Of a stretch of DNA of 64,000 bases, positions 9,912 through 18,480 are shown in pieces. Origin of the DNA: an uncultured virus (IMG/VR IMGVR_UViG_3300032214_001084) (lineage: Duplodnaviria > Heunggongvirae > Uroviricota > Caudoviricetes); the IMG/VR virus record IMGVR_UViG_3300032214_001084; one strand, written 5' to 3'. The translations under genes and the position numbers were made by a program. A model generated the notes under the pieces. The model made no database searches. It saw only the letters and a program-made list of their open reading frames with translations, and had not been told where the DNA came from. Position 1 is the first letter of the stretch, and each line of letters begins with the position of its first letter.

Positions 9912-10239
9912 CGTTATCGTCGTTTTTTCCCAGGCGACGCTCTAGTTCTTTCTCGGCTAACCGTTCAACGGCTGCCAAAATTCGGATACCTGCGTAGCCA
10001 ATAATGAATGAGGTCGCTATGGCCTCATTTTTTGTGAGCTTGAATCTTTCTTCAATAGCTGGACTTACAAAAGTAGCCAGCATATAACCAACAAGCGATG
10101 CCTTAATTAGATAAGGTATTACCTTTTTTATTCCCCGTGGGTGCGTTAAGCTTTCGGTGATTGACCCCGAGAAGCAAGCTATTGAGGATTCAGGGTCTTC
10201 GAAAAACACCGTAAGGACTCTTTCTATGTGGGAGGACAT
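9904..10239 (-). CDS. holin-like membrane protein
   Basis: Hydrophobic segments (LIKASLVGYMLATFVSP, AIATSFIIGYAGIRIL) and a charged C-terminus. Confidence 0.5.
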   Translation of the reverse strand: MSSHIERVLTVFFEDPESSIACFSGSITESLTHPRGIKKVIPYLIKASLVGYMLATFVSPAIEERFKLTKNEAIATSFIIGYAGIRILAAVERLAEKELERRLGKNDDNVS

Positions 10240-10302
10240 CCGCCCTTACGACGCTCTTAAATATCTTAGACGAAGTACAATTAAATAAGCTGGAGTATCA
10301 CT

Positions 10303-11106
10303 ATGGTATACGCTCCTCAAACTAATTGGAAATACGATAAAAACCTTTATCATCCGATTCAGTCTGGTCCTCAGCGCACGGGTGATGACTTAGATCTGCG
10401 GGACACCTATTTAACAATTTCTAGTGGCTACATAACTCCTTTAGGGGTGCAGCAGACTTGGCTTGGCGTTATTGACGAAGGCGCTGATTTTGGGCGGATT
10501 CCGGTAGGCCCTCCAAGCATTAGTGGATACTTCACGACCGAATGGCGAGCGGTTCCTCCCGCTATTTCTGGCTATTGGACTAATTACGAGAACACGCAGC
10601 CACACGCATCTGGCTTGCTTGACAGTTATGTAGGCTTCCGTGCTCAGGGTCTCTACAGCACCGCGAATGCAACTGTTCAGACTGCTTTAGGCCCGCAGCC
10701 TGGTTTGCGTAATTTTGGTACTCACATTTGGTACGGCGAGCAGATACCGGATAACCAACTGTATGCTCCGTTCCAGACGCCTAGCTCAAACGACAACACA
10801 ATAGATGGAGGAGGTATTACAGGTGGGGGTGTTACACACCCCTCAGTTGCTTCGCCCACGCTAACCAACCCAACTAACGACACGTCTGGGTCACGCGCCG
10901 CGTGGGTATATCACTATCCGGTTTACTGTCAGTCATTCACCGAGACTCGCTACAGCGGAGTTCCCGGTCAAATGGGCGCTCCTGTCCGTAATAGTTATCG
11001 AGGCAAGTCACTTCGTTACGTCCCTAATTACGGGTCTGTATATGGTGTGCTTGGAGAAGGTGTACGAAATATGGTGCGTAAGTTTAGCCCTGGGACGAAG
11101 ATTTAA
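10303..11106 (+). CDS. hypothetical protein, likely virion component
   Basis: G/T/Y-rich with repeated ISGY/xSG motifs; TACAAT box at 10276. Confidence 0.6.
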   Translation: MVYAPQTNWKYDKNLYHPIQSGPQRTGDDLDLRDTYLTISSGYITPLGVQQTWLGVIDEGADFGRIPVGPPSISGYFTTEWRAVPPAISGYWTNYENTQPHASGLLDSYVGFRAQGLYSTANATVQTALGPQPGLRNFGTHIWYGEQIPDNQLYAPFQTPSSNDNTIDGGGITGGGVTHPSVASPTLTNPTNDTSGSRAAWVYHYPVYCQSFTETRYSGVPGQMGAPVRNSYRGKSLRYVPNYGSVYGVLGEGVRNMVRKFSPGTKI

Positions 11107-11564
11107 ATGTGAGTCCAGGTACGCCTTTGAAGAATGTTGTTTATAGATTGTCTAGACGTCTTGAGCTCTTGAGCAAGTAGAGGAGCGCGAAAGTACTTTG
11201 GGTTTGACCCTTTCTGCAGGGATCTTAAACAATGTACTTGCTCCTCAGTTAGCTTCGCTTTTGCGTTTCTTTCTCCTCTTAGAACTTCTGACGAACTTTC
11301 TGATCGCGACTTCCATGAGCAGTTTTTTGGTTCGTAGTCACCTACATCGCCTTCTCTAGACAGAGAAGCTCCTTCGGGAGCCTCACCCATGTCTTTATAA
11401 AAGTTTTCAAAAGACTCTAACCACTCGCTACACACTTTAACTCCTCTGCCTCCATAGTATTTATAGTTAGCAGCATTTTTGCTGTAACATCTAGTTTTCA
11501 TATCCATCCAGGCCTTATAGGTCTGCGTGTTGGACATACCGTGCTTCTTGTTAAAGCGAGCCAT
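11103..11564 (-). CDS. free-standing HNH-related homing endonuclease-like protein with C-terminal HTH
   Basis: HGMS..TYKAW.DMKTRCY...YGGRGVKVC.EW..SFENFY.DMG...YEP.NC.W family pattern, plus RGE.N..AKLTEEQV...INNIL.RRTW.H DNA-binding tail. Confidence 0.75.
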   Translation of the reverse strand: MARFNKKHGMSNTQTYKAWMDMKTRCYSKNAANYKYYGGRGVKVCSEWLESFENFYKDMGEAPEGASLSREGDVGDYEPKNCSWKSRSESSSEVLRGERNAKAKLTEEQVHCLRSLQKGSNPKYFRAPLLAQELKTSRQSINNILQRRTWTHI

Positions 11565-11650
11565 AGACCACTAAGACTGCAACACTACTCTAGATTACAG
11601 GAGTCCTCTAGGTTTATATTTGAGAAGTACTTTCTCCTCGGAACTTATCG

Positions 11651-12999
11651 ATGTTCATCGATAGCTGAATGCTCAGGTTGTCGCCTAGCTAAGCAATTAG
11701 CTAGTGAAAATCGGGTGAATTCAGGGAAGCCCTAACGTAAAGACGAGGGTAATCCTGAGCGAAGCCAAAGGTACACCTTTGGAACGTGCAGAGACTACCG
11801 GAGAGGTTTAGCCCTCTTAATAACCGGCAAGAGCGCCCGACACCCCACGTGGGTGAAGAGATAGTCCAGACCTCAGGGAAACTTGAGTTTATCTGAACGA
11901 CTTTCCGAAGATTTTAGGTGCGGAGCTGTACCGTCCCCATCCGGCGTATATTGTCGAGATGGCTGCGGAGCCTGTTGTAGTCCATGACTTCAGCAAGCAA
12001 CCAGGTCAGACTGTACAGCTGGACCGTTACCGCTTCTTCGGTAATCCTGGCTCTAAGGAATCCCGCGAGCGTACTGCTGAGCAGACCATCGGTACTGCCA
12101 ACAGCCGCAACATCGTGAAGGACAAAGTGCTGGTGACTCTTCGCGAGTATACCGGCCCTGCTGACCCGAGTGATCCCACTCAGCCCAGCACCTTCAAGAT
12201 TGCACGTGAGACCCTGATTACCGCCCAGCGTCTGCTGCTGGATACCGGTAACCTCACCACTTTCCACCAATCGATTGGCAGCCTGACTCTGCTCGACGAC
12301 TATCGTCGTTGGCGCGACCGGGTGTTCATCAATGAACTCCTGAAGGCTGTTTCTAAGGGTCAGTCTTCTGACACCCAAGGCGGTTACTACTTCCCTGGTG
12401 ACCTGGCCACTGGTGCTCTGACCTACACCAACGCCGAGCAAGCTAAGTTCGACGTTAAGGATGACCTGCTGCGCGTGGTGAAGAGCCTGCGTAAGCGGAA
12501 CACCCCCACCTTCCAGGACGGTTTCTATCGCTGCGTTTGCGATCCGACCTTCCTGATGCACCTGCGTCAGAACAGTGACTTCCGTGAAGTTGCTCGTTAT
12601 CCTGGCAATGGTCAAATCAACCCCCTCATGTCCGGGATGCAGCCCAACGCTGCCCTGTACATGGGTCAAGGCTTCGGCCAAGCCACCTTTGTGGCCGGCG
12701 AGCCGATCATGCCCACGGGCTTTGTGTTTGAAGGCGTGCGCTTCTTCGAAAGCACCAACATGCCTACTCAAACTCAAAACGCGACCATCGCGTCTACCGC
12801 CGCTTCCTACAACGCAGCAGTCGGTATCTTCTTTGGTCCTCAGGCCGTTGGTGTCGGCATCGGTGGCAACAATGCCCAGGTGCTGCTCAACAACAACGAC
12901 GACTTCAGCCGTTTCATCATGATGATTTGGAGCCTGTACGCAGGTTTCGAACTTCTGAACGCTGATTTCGTCACCGTTGGTTACTCTTTCGACGCTTGA
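11651..12999 (+). CDS. major capsid protein (N4-gp56-like), spliced: join(11651..11662,11896..12999), 371 aa
   Basis: Exon 1 ATG TTC ATC GAT (MFID) joins exon 2 AAC GAC TTT CCG... (NDFPKILGAELYRPHPAYIVE), in frame with the 11959 ORF. Strong codon bias; C-terminal 'FFGPQAVG...DDFSR...W' capsid-like motif. Confidence 0.88.
11663..11895 (+). mobile_element. group I self-splicing intron, 233 nt, no ORF
   Basis: P AATTCAGGGAA 11718, Q AATCCTGAGC 11751, R GTGCAGAGACTA 11786, S AAGAGATAGTCC 11856; P3 TCGGGTG/CGCCCGA; 5' exon ends in U, intron ends in G; IGS GTTGTCG at 11677-83. Confidence 0.93.
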
Positions 13000-13013
13000 G
13001 GAGGTAACTAACA

Positions 13014-13892
13014 ATGACGATCAACCCTAACCAGATCTCGGTTGCCAAGATTTATCCTGGTAACTACACCAACGTTCTTCGTTACTGGCACGAAGAAAAA
13101 ACCATGCAGTTCGAGAACGCCAACGGCGTTCAGACGAGCTACACCAACCAACCCGTTGGTGGCCCCGTGGGCGTGGTGTTCCGTCCCGGTTGGATTGCTC
13201 AGCAAGCCATCGGTTACGTTGACCTGAGCTATCAGGCACTTGGTACCAACAACCAGCTGGATTACTACACCCAGCCTTATGGTTCTGGTCAAAACGCTGC
13301 TAATCAGCCTTTCCTGAATGCCAGCGTAATCATCCCGTCTCCTGACTACCACAAGGATGTTCGGGCAGACATCACCAACGGTATCACTGCACCTTCTGGT
13401 GCCTTTGTGTACCGCACCTCGCTCCGTGTCGACGGTGGCGATGTGGTTAGCTCTGGTGTTGCAGGTGGTTCTGCTTCTCCTCAGCTGACTCTGATCCCTG
13501 CGGTTGGCCAAGGTCTCCGCAACAACACCACCGTGGTGTCGGGTCAGTTCGGTACCTCTATCACCGGCTCCAACAGCCGTATTGCCAACGGCAGCGTTGC
13601 TTCTACAAACATCATCAACAGCAGCAGCCTGTCTGCTCTGACTGCTGATACTCAGTGGAAGCTTTTCACCACCACCAATCTTGGTGGCGTTGCTGCTTCT
13701 GGTCTGGCACAAGGTTCGGGTATCTATGATCCCCGTGCTGGTGCTGGCAGTCTGTCCGGCAAAAACAAGGCACTCGCTATCTGCGAAGTGTGCTGGATTG
13801 TTCCCGATGCTCCTCCGGAACGTGCAGACCTGGCTCTGCAGCCCGGCGGCATTGTGGAATCCACCGCTTACACCTCGACTTCGCCTTCCTGA
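13014..13892 (+). CDS. abundant capsid-associated (decoration/minor capsid) protein
   Basis: Directly after the MCP, strong SD GAGGAGG, same high-expression codon bias, shares a terminator. Confidence 0.6.
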   Translation: MTINPNQISVAKIYPGNYTNVLRYWHEEKTMQFENANGVQTSYTNQPVGGPVGVVFRPGWIAQQAIGYVDLSYQALGTNNQLDYYTQPYGSGQNAANQPFLNASVIIPSPDYHKDVRADITNGITAPSGAFVYRTSLRVDGGDVVSSGVAGGSASPQLTLIPAVGQGLRNNTTVVSGQFGTSITGSNSRIANGSVASTNIINSSSLSALTADTQWKLFTTTNLGGVAASGLAQGSGIYDPRAGAGSLSGKNKALAICEVCWIVPDAPPERADLALQPGGIVESTAYTSTSPS

Positions 13893-13920
13893 TAGAATCA
13901 GGACGCGAGCAAAGGGACTT

Positions 13921-13946
13921 AACCCCTCCTTCGGGAGGGGTTTTTT
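13921..13946 (+). terminator. Rho-independent terminator
   Basis: CCCCTCC-TTCG-GGAGGGG followed by TTTTTT. Confidence 0.9.
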
Positions 13947-14035
13947 ATTGGTTTCCTGTTCTTAAGTAATTTTTTACAGTATTTAGTATTTTCCGCTGTC
14001 AGAGTTAATAGTGCGTACCGTATTTATCCAGTTTT

Positions 14036-14299
14036 ATGGACGATCGGGAGCTTTCAGACCTTAAATTAGAGCGCAAAGAGTGTTCTAGGTGTGGCGCCAC
14101 TTGGCTTAACGGCGTTCATCACTGGCGAACAGGATACAAAGGTAATGAGTTAGATCTTGCGGGCCTCGTTTGTAACCGAGTTAACGATCCGAGCTGCATA
14201 AACCCTAAAAAAGGCTGCACTGGAGGGGATACTTGGGAGAAAAGAGCCGAGTTTTTAGGAAATTTTGAGCGTGAGCTGAAGCGCATGAGAGAAGATTGA
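14036..14299 (+). CDS. small Cys-rich hypothetical protein
   Basis: CSRCGATW...DLAGLVCN...CINP, a cyanophage-like pattern. Confidence 0.65.
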   Translation: MDDRELSDLKLERKECSRCGATWLNGVHHWRTGYKGNELDLAGLVCNRVNDPSCINPKKGCTGGDTWEKRAEFLGNFERELKRMRED

Positions 14300-14342
14300 G
14301 GTATTTTGGTCTAAACTTCTGTCCACATACTGACTTTTTCAG

Positions 14343-14798
14343 ATGTCCGCCAAAGTCTATAAGCCCAGTGGGGTCAAAATCGACGTAATTTCTACTCACG
14401 ACGATGGTGAGTACTTTATGGTTCGGTCTAGCACCACGGGTAAGGTGTTTTTTGCCCATAAAGATCAAGTAGACGAGTTTAAAGAGGATTTAGAGCCAAA
14501 AACCGCTTCAAATACGGTTCAGCTTCGCCGTGGTCGTCGTTCTGTGAAAAAAGATGAGGTTGAAGTAACTGTTGTTAAGCCTTTGCCTCCCACCGACAAC
14601 CGGATTAATTTAAATAACTTGACCCCTGAGGGTTTAACTCAGTGTTTGCCTGGCGTTGGTCTTAAAACTGCCAAAGAAATTGTTGAGCTACGGCAATCTC
14701 TGCCTGGTGAGCGTTTTACAAAGCTCGAACAGCTTGAAAGCATCAAGCGGGTTGAGTGGAGCGAAGTTTTTGCTACTGGAGTTGTGTACGTAGAATAA
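14343..14798 (+). CDS. helix-hairpin-helix DNA-binding protein
   Basis: RINLN...LPGVGLKTAKEIVELR...F..LEQL (ComEA-like HhH). Confidence 0.75.
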   Translation: MSAKVYKPSGVKIDVISTHDDGEYFMVRSSTTGKVFFAHKDQVDEFKEDLEPKTASNTVQLRRGRRSVKKDEVEVTVVKPLPPTDNRINLNNLTPEGLTQCLPGVGLKTAKEIVELRQSLPGERFTKLEQLESIKRVEWSEVFATGVVYVE

Positions 14799-14820
14799 AG
14801 AAAGATAAGAGTTTTAGACC

Positions 14821-15441
14821 GTGGCGCAGCTGAGTCAAAACGAGTTAGAGCAGATCCAAAGTTATCTTGCTCAGCAGGGTGTCACGTTTAATGCGACTAG
14901 CACAGACGCAACTAAGCGCGAAGTAATTTATGCTGCAGTTAATCAACTAACACGTAACCCTGCGCAAACGTTTGGTTACCGTGTTGATGACTTTAATTTT
15001 AGTCGTATTGCCTATCACTTAGGTTATAACATTGCTACGGTTCCCGCTGGTGACTATGCACGTCTCCTAGAGGCGTGCAATAGTATTCCCAGTGAGTTTT
15101 ACTTTGACAAAATTGTTGCTCAAGTAGAGCGCTGCGAAGAAGCAGAACGTCTGACTGAATTAGCCGCTGGTCGGGCCACGAGTCGTCAAGAAACCATTCT
15201 TGGTGACGTGTCTCGTTCAATCTCAATTCAAGACAAACGTGAGACTGCCAGAATCTGGCGCGAAAACTATCTGTATGAGTGTGGCCGCTTAGCCGAAATG
15301 CTTTACGTTCCAAACTATAAAGACCCAGTGGCTTCTAGGTATCGATTCGAGCGGAGCGGCGGTGAATTTATCCAAGCCATACCTGGTCCGCCAGATGTAT
15401 CTCGTTCTGATCGCCTCTACTTTTATGCGAATTGGAGATAG
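14821..15441 (+). CDS. hypothetical protein, possible head completion/adaptor
   Basis: Helical 206-aa ORF in the structural block; TAGAAT box at 14791. Confidence 0.5.
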   Translation: MAQLSQNELEQIQSYLAQQGVTFNATSTDATKREVIYAAVNQLTRNPAQTFGYRVDDFNFSRIAYHLGYNIATVPAGDYARLLEACNSIPSEFYFDKIVAQVERCEEAERLTELAAGRATSRQETILGDVSRSISIQDKRETARIWRENYLYECGRLAEMLYVPNYKDPVASRYRFERSGGEFIQAIPGPPDVSRSDRLYFYANWR

Positions 15442-15472
15442 ACTGTCTCTATTGATCTCGCGTTAGTTACAG

Positions 15473-17284
15473 ATGCAGTCGGGCATTCGCGGAGGATTCG
15501 GTGTCCTTAGGAATTTAATTCAGCGTGCTGGCGGAGCCAAGCAAGCTCGTCAGTTAATGGAAGCCGTTCGGCAGACGCTCCCTGCAGCGGAGATGACCGG
15601 CGTCCGTGGAATTAGTGAACCTGTACGGCGTGCAGCTGTACAAGCTGGCTTAGTAGACGAGCTTACTGCGTTTCCTTCTGCTGTTTCTCGTCAGGGAGGC
15701 AATGTCGGCCTGATGGGCACGCGGAATGTGCCGACTTCTCGTCAGCTTGGCCAGGCCCCTGTTCCTGAATTCGGTCCTGGCTCTCGTACTCCTCAGCCTC
15801 CCGCTGGATCCCGTCCCGTAAACACTCTTATTCCTCAATCTCCACAAGGGCCACGCCAGCGCGGAGGTGCCTTAGCTCAGACTGCTCAAGATAATATTCC
15901 TTCCCCTGCTGCGCGTACACAGTTTACGGAAGATTTAATCAGTCAGCCTGTCCCGATGGGTCCTGCTCGCGCCCCGATGCAGGGTCCTTCGATGACTGGA
16001 AATCCTGTGCAAGGTCAACTGGACCTGCGCTTCCCGGCGGGATCCCGGTCGGTGGCTGAGTTCACGACCACCCGTGGCGCCATTCGTCCTGAAGGCACCA
16101 ATATTGCAGGACAACCTTATCGCGGCGCTCCTGTTGCGAGTGAACGGAACCTTGAAACTATTCGCGCTTCGATGGCTCCTCGCGCCACTGACGTTGCGGA
16201 AGAAATTGTTACCCGAGCTCCTCAGGGTCAACAGTCGCTTTTCATCGATAACGTTCCCGACATTTGGTCTGGCGGCTACCGTATTCGACCGGAACTGGCT
16301 CGTCAGCTTCCTCGCGAGGTACAAGAGCGCATCGGTACTGTGATGATGCGCGAAGCTGCTGATCTTGGTCCTGTTGCCCCACGTCCGGCTTTTGGTCCTG
16401 ACGCCGGTCCAGCCCCGGTGGATCCCGCAGTAGCTGCCGCGTTTGCGCGTAATGCAGCAAGTGGTGCCGAACTCGTGGATCTAAGTGCTCTCATGAGTAA
16501 TCCTGCTTTCCGTGCAGCCACTGGTTTAGCCGGGGCTGGTCTGTTTGGCGCTGGTGTTGCTGGGATGATGAGCGGCGATCGTACAGGTGAGACTACTGCA
16601 GGAGGTCCGCCTAGCTTGCCTCTGGCTCAGGCACCGACCGCTCCTATGTTTACTGAAGCGGACGGTAGTCCCTTAGGGGCCGTGGATCCCGCCGCTGTGC
16701 TGCCTCCGGCCCGAGGCAATATTGATCCTTCTGTCGCAGCCCCAACAGTAACCACAGGTAATTTGCAGCAAGCAAGTTCGATGCGTGAGCAGCTCGCTCA
16801 ATCAGCCCCCGGAGCGGCTGCCGTACTCCGAGCTGTGGAACCGATGGGTCCCGAGAAATACCGCAGCATTGAAGAATATGCAGCTGCGCGGAAAGCTTAT
16901 GCAGAAGCTAAGCCCGAGATCCAACAGCTAATGAAGTATATGGAAGGTCAAAGCCCTTCTATTGGAGGTGGCCTAGCTATGTGGGCTTCTGCCAATCCCG
17001 TTCTTGCCTATCGTTTCCAAGAACGTCAATTAGCCAACCCAGCTGCCAATCAACAAAGTGCAGAAGCAGTTACTACTACAACTGTGACCGCTCCCATCGG
17101 ATCCGAGGTATCTGCCGCCGCTGTGGGTAATGCCGCTTCTGTCGCAGACGCTGCCTTGAACCCTTCGCAAGGTGCTTTCGATATGGTTGACGTTACGTCT
17201 CCACAAGTTCAACCTCACCTGCAACGAGTACAGGAGTTCATCCGACAACAGGCGCCTCGTTCTGCAATGTACGCTGGCTATTGA
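15473..17284 (+). CDS. A/P/G/Q-rich protein, possible internal virion (ejection) protein
   Basis: Low complexity, GLAGAGLFGAGVAG hydrophobic stretch, no Cys. Confidence 0.55.
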   Translation: MQSGIRGGFGVLRNLIQRAGGAKQARQLMEAVRQTLPAAEMTGVRGISEPVRRAAVQAGLVDELTAFPSAVSRQGGNVGLMGTRNVPTSRQLGQAPVPEFGPGSRTPQPPAGSRPVNTLIPQSPQGPRQRGGALAQTAQDNIPSPAARTQFTEDLISQPVPMGPARAPMQGPSMTGNPVQGQLDLRFPAGSRSVAEFTTTRGAIRPEGTNIAGQPYRGAPVASERNLETIRASMAPRATDVAEEIVTRAPQGQQSLFIDNVPDIWSGGYRIRPELARQLPREVQERIGTVMMREAADLGPVAPRPAFGPDAGPAPVDPAVAAAFARNAASGAELVDLSALMSNPAFRAATGLAGAGLFGAGVAGMMSGDRTGETTAGGPPSLPLAQAPTAPMFTEADGSPLGAVDPAAVLPPARGNIDPSVAAPTVTTGNLQQASSMREQLAQSAPGAAAVLRAVEPMGPEKYRSIEEYAAARKAYAEAKPEIQQLMKYMEGQSPSIGGGLAMWASANPVLAYRFQERQLANPAANQQSAEAVTTTTVTAPIGSEVSAAAVGNAASVADAALNPSQGAFDMVDVTSPQVQPHLQRVQEFIRQQAPRSAMYAGY

Positions 17285-17326
17285 TAGTAAAATAGTTACA
17301 CGACTTGAAGCACGCAGAGTAAGCGT

Positions 17327-17887
17327 ATGAACAGCCCTTCTATGTCACCCAGGAGTTTCGCTTACTCTGGAGGGGAACGTGTTCCCTACATGTTCCCCCA
17401 GCAAGCTGAGACTAGCTTCTCTAGTCAGGGTATTACTCAGGATCCTCGCGAAGTTCCCTCCTACGGGGTGTCGATGGAGTCTGCTCCGCGAGGTTCTGGT
17501 GGTGGATTTCTTAAAGCTATTAACGATGTCGCTGGGATGTTGCTCCCTATCGTGGGAATAGCTCAAAGCTTTAAAGCCGGATACCAAGGTTTACCTCTCC
17601 CTGGTCGCAACCCTAACGATGCTCGAATGGGTGGAGATCGGTTTATTTTTCAGGTTTATCAAGATATGCTTGCTCGAAACGAACGAGAAGCTGAGCGAGC
17701 TCGCCAAGAACGTGAGGCTGCTAATCAACGAGATTTAGAGCGTCAGATTATTCTTGAAGGCGTTCGCTCGGATAAAATACCGTTTGAGGAAGCTCTTAAA
17801 GCTTTAAAGACCGGACAATTTGATTTCGGTGCTCCTGCTGCGCCTGGGCAGCTCCCATCTCAGGCTCCCGCCACGTCGGCGCGTTAA
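17327..17887 (+). CDS. hypothetical protein, possible internal virion protein
   Basis: Amphipathic segment plus a coiled coil. Confidence 0.5.
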   Translation: MNSPSMSPRSFAYSGGERVPYMFPQQAETSFSSQGITQDPREVPSYGVSMESAPRGSGGGFLKAINDVAGMLLPIVGIAQSFKAGYQGLPLPGRNPNDARMGGDRFIFQVYQDMLARNEREAERARQEREAANQRDLERQIILEGVRSDKIPFEEALKALKTGQFDFGAPAAPGQLPSQAPATSAR

Positions 17888-17919
17888 CCCACTCACCAAG
17901 CTCACAGAGCGCATTATCT

Positions 17920-18477
17920 ATGGCGAGCACCAGCACAAACAAGCAACCGCTAATGGTGGATCGCCCCTTTTTTAGGGGCGCAAAGGTTAACAGCGGGACA
18001 ACCGTGATTGCCGATGCCAGTAATCCTGACTTTTCGGACTTAATCCAACTTGTCCGCGTAGGAGACATCCCTTCTGAGGATGGTGCCCTCGTAGAGGATA
18101 TCTTTGTCGTATCTGCTGAGGGTTATCCAAATAGGGGTGGGGTACGTAGTGCCGCTTTCGGTGTTTATGTGTATGCACCGAACCAGGCAGCTCCCTCTAC
18201 TTCTGTTCCACTCTTAGTTGGCAAATTCGAAATCGGCCTTTCGGGAGACACTGAAGGGGTGATTCAGCGAGTTGAGCTGCCCGCCACGGTGGCCCCCACC
18301 CCACAAACAGGCGATACCAGTCTGGTCTATCCGATTGAACGTGGCAAATCCGAAGCCATGTACCTTGAAAAAGGTTACATTTTGTGTATCGGGTATTTAG
18401 GTAATGGCCCCGCCGCAGTTTCTGGTGGATTAAGTACTTCCGGTGTTTACGTGATGGCGCAGGGCGGGTTTTACTGA
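17920..18477 (+). CDS. putative virion structural protein
   Basis: Beta-rich; begins ASTSTNKQP and ends AQGGFY. Confidence 0.55.
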   Translation: MASTSTNKQPLMVDRPFFRGAKVNSGTTVIADASNPDFSDLIQLVRVGDIPSEDGALVEDIFVVSAEGYPNRGGVRSAAFGVYVYAPNQAAPSTSVPLLVGKFEIGLSGDTEGVIQRVELPATVAPTPQTGDTSLVYPIERGKSEAMYLEKGYILCIGYLGNGPAAVSGGLSTSGVYVMAQGGFY

Positions 18478-18480
18478 TCC

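Noticed and set aside
11541..11735. 64-aa + strand ORF
   Set aside because: It crosses the divergent promoter region and intron core; no protein-like features.
11959..12999. ORF-track start (MAAEPVV) for the capsid protein
   Set aside because: The frame is open a further 21 codons back to the intron 3' splice site, and a matching 4-codon exon exists upstream.
11914..13712. Long minus-strand ORFs (366 aa, 234 aa)
   Set aside because: Antisense shadows of strongly codon-biased capsid genes; the same applies to 9193..9699, 32066..32629 and 56533..57189.
14343..14798. Possible PsbU (photosystem II) homologue
   Set aside because: No signal peptide; the GVG.KTA hairpin fits a generic HhH DNA-binding protein better.
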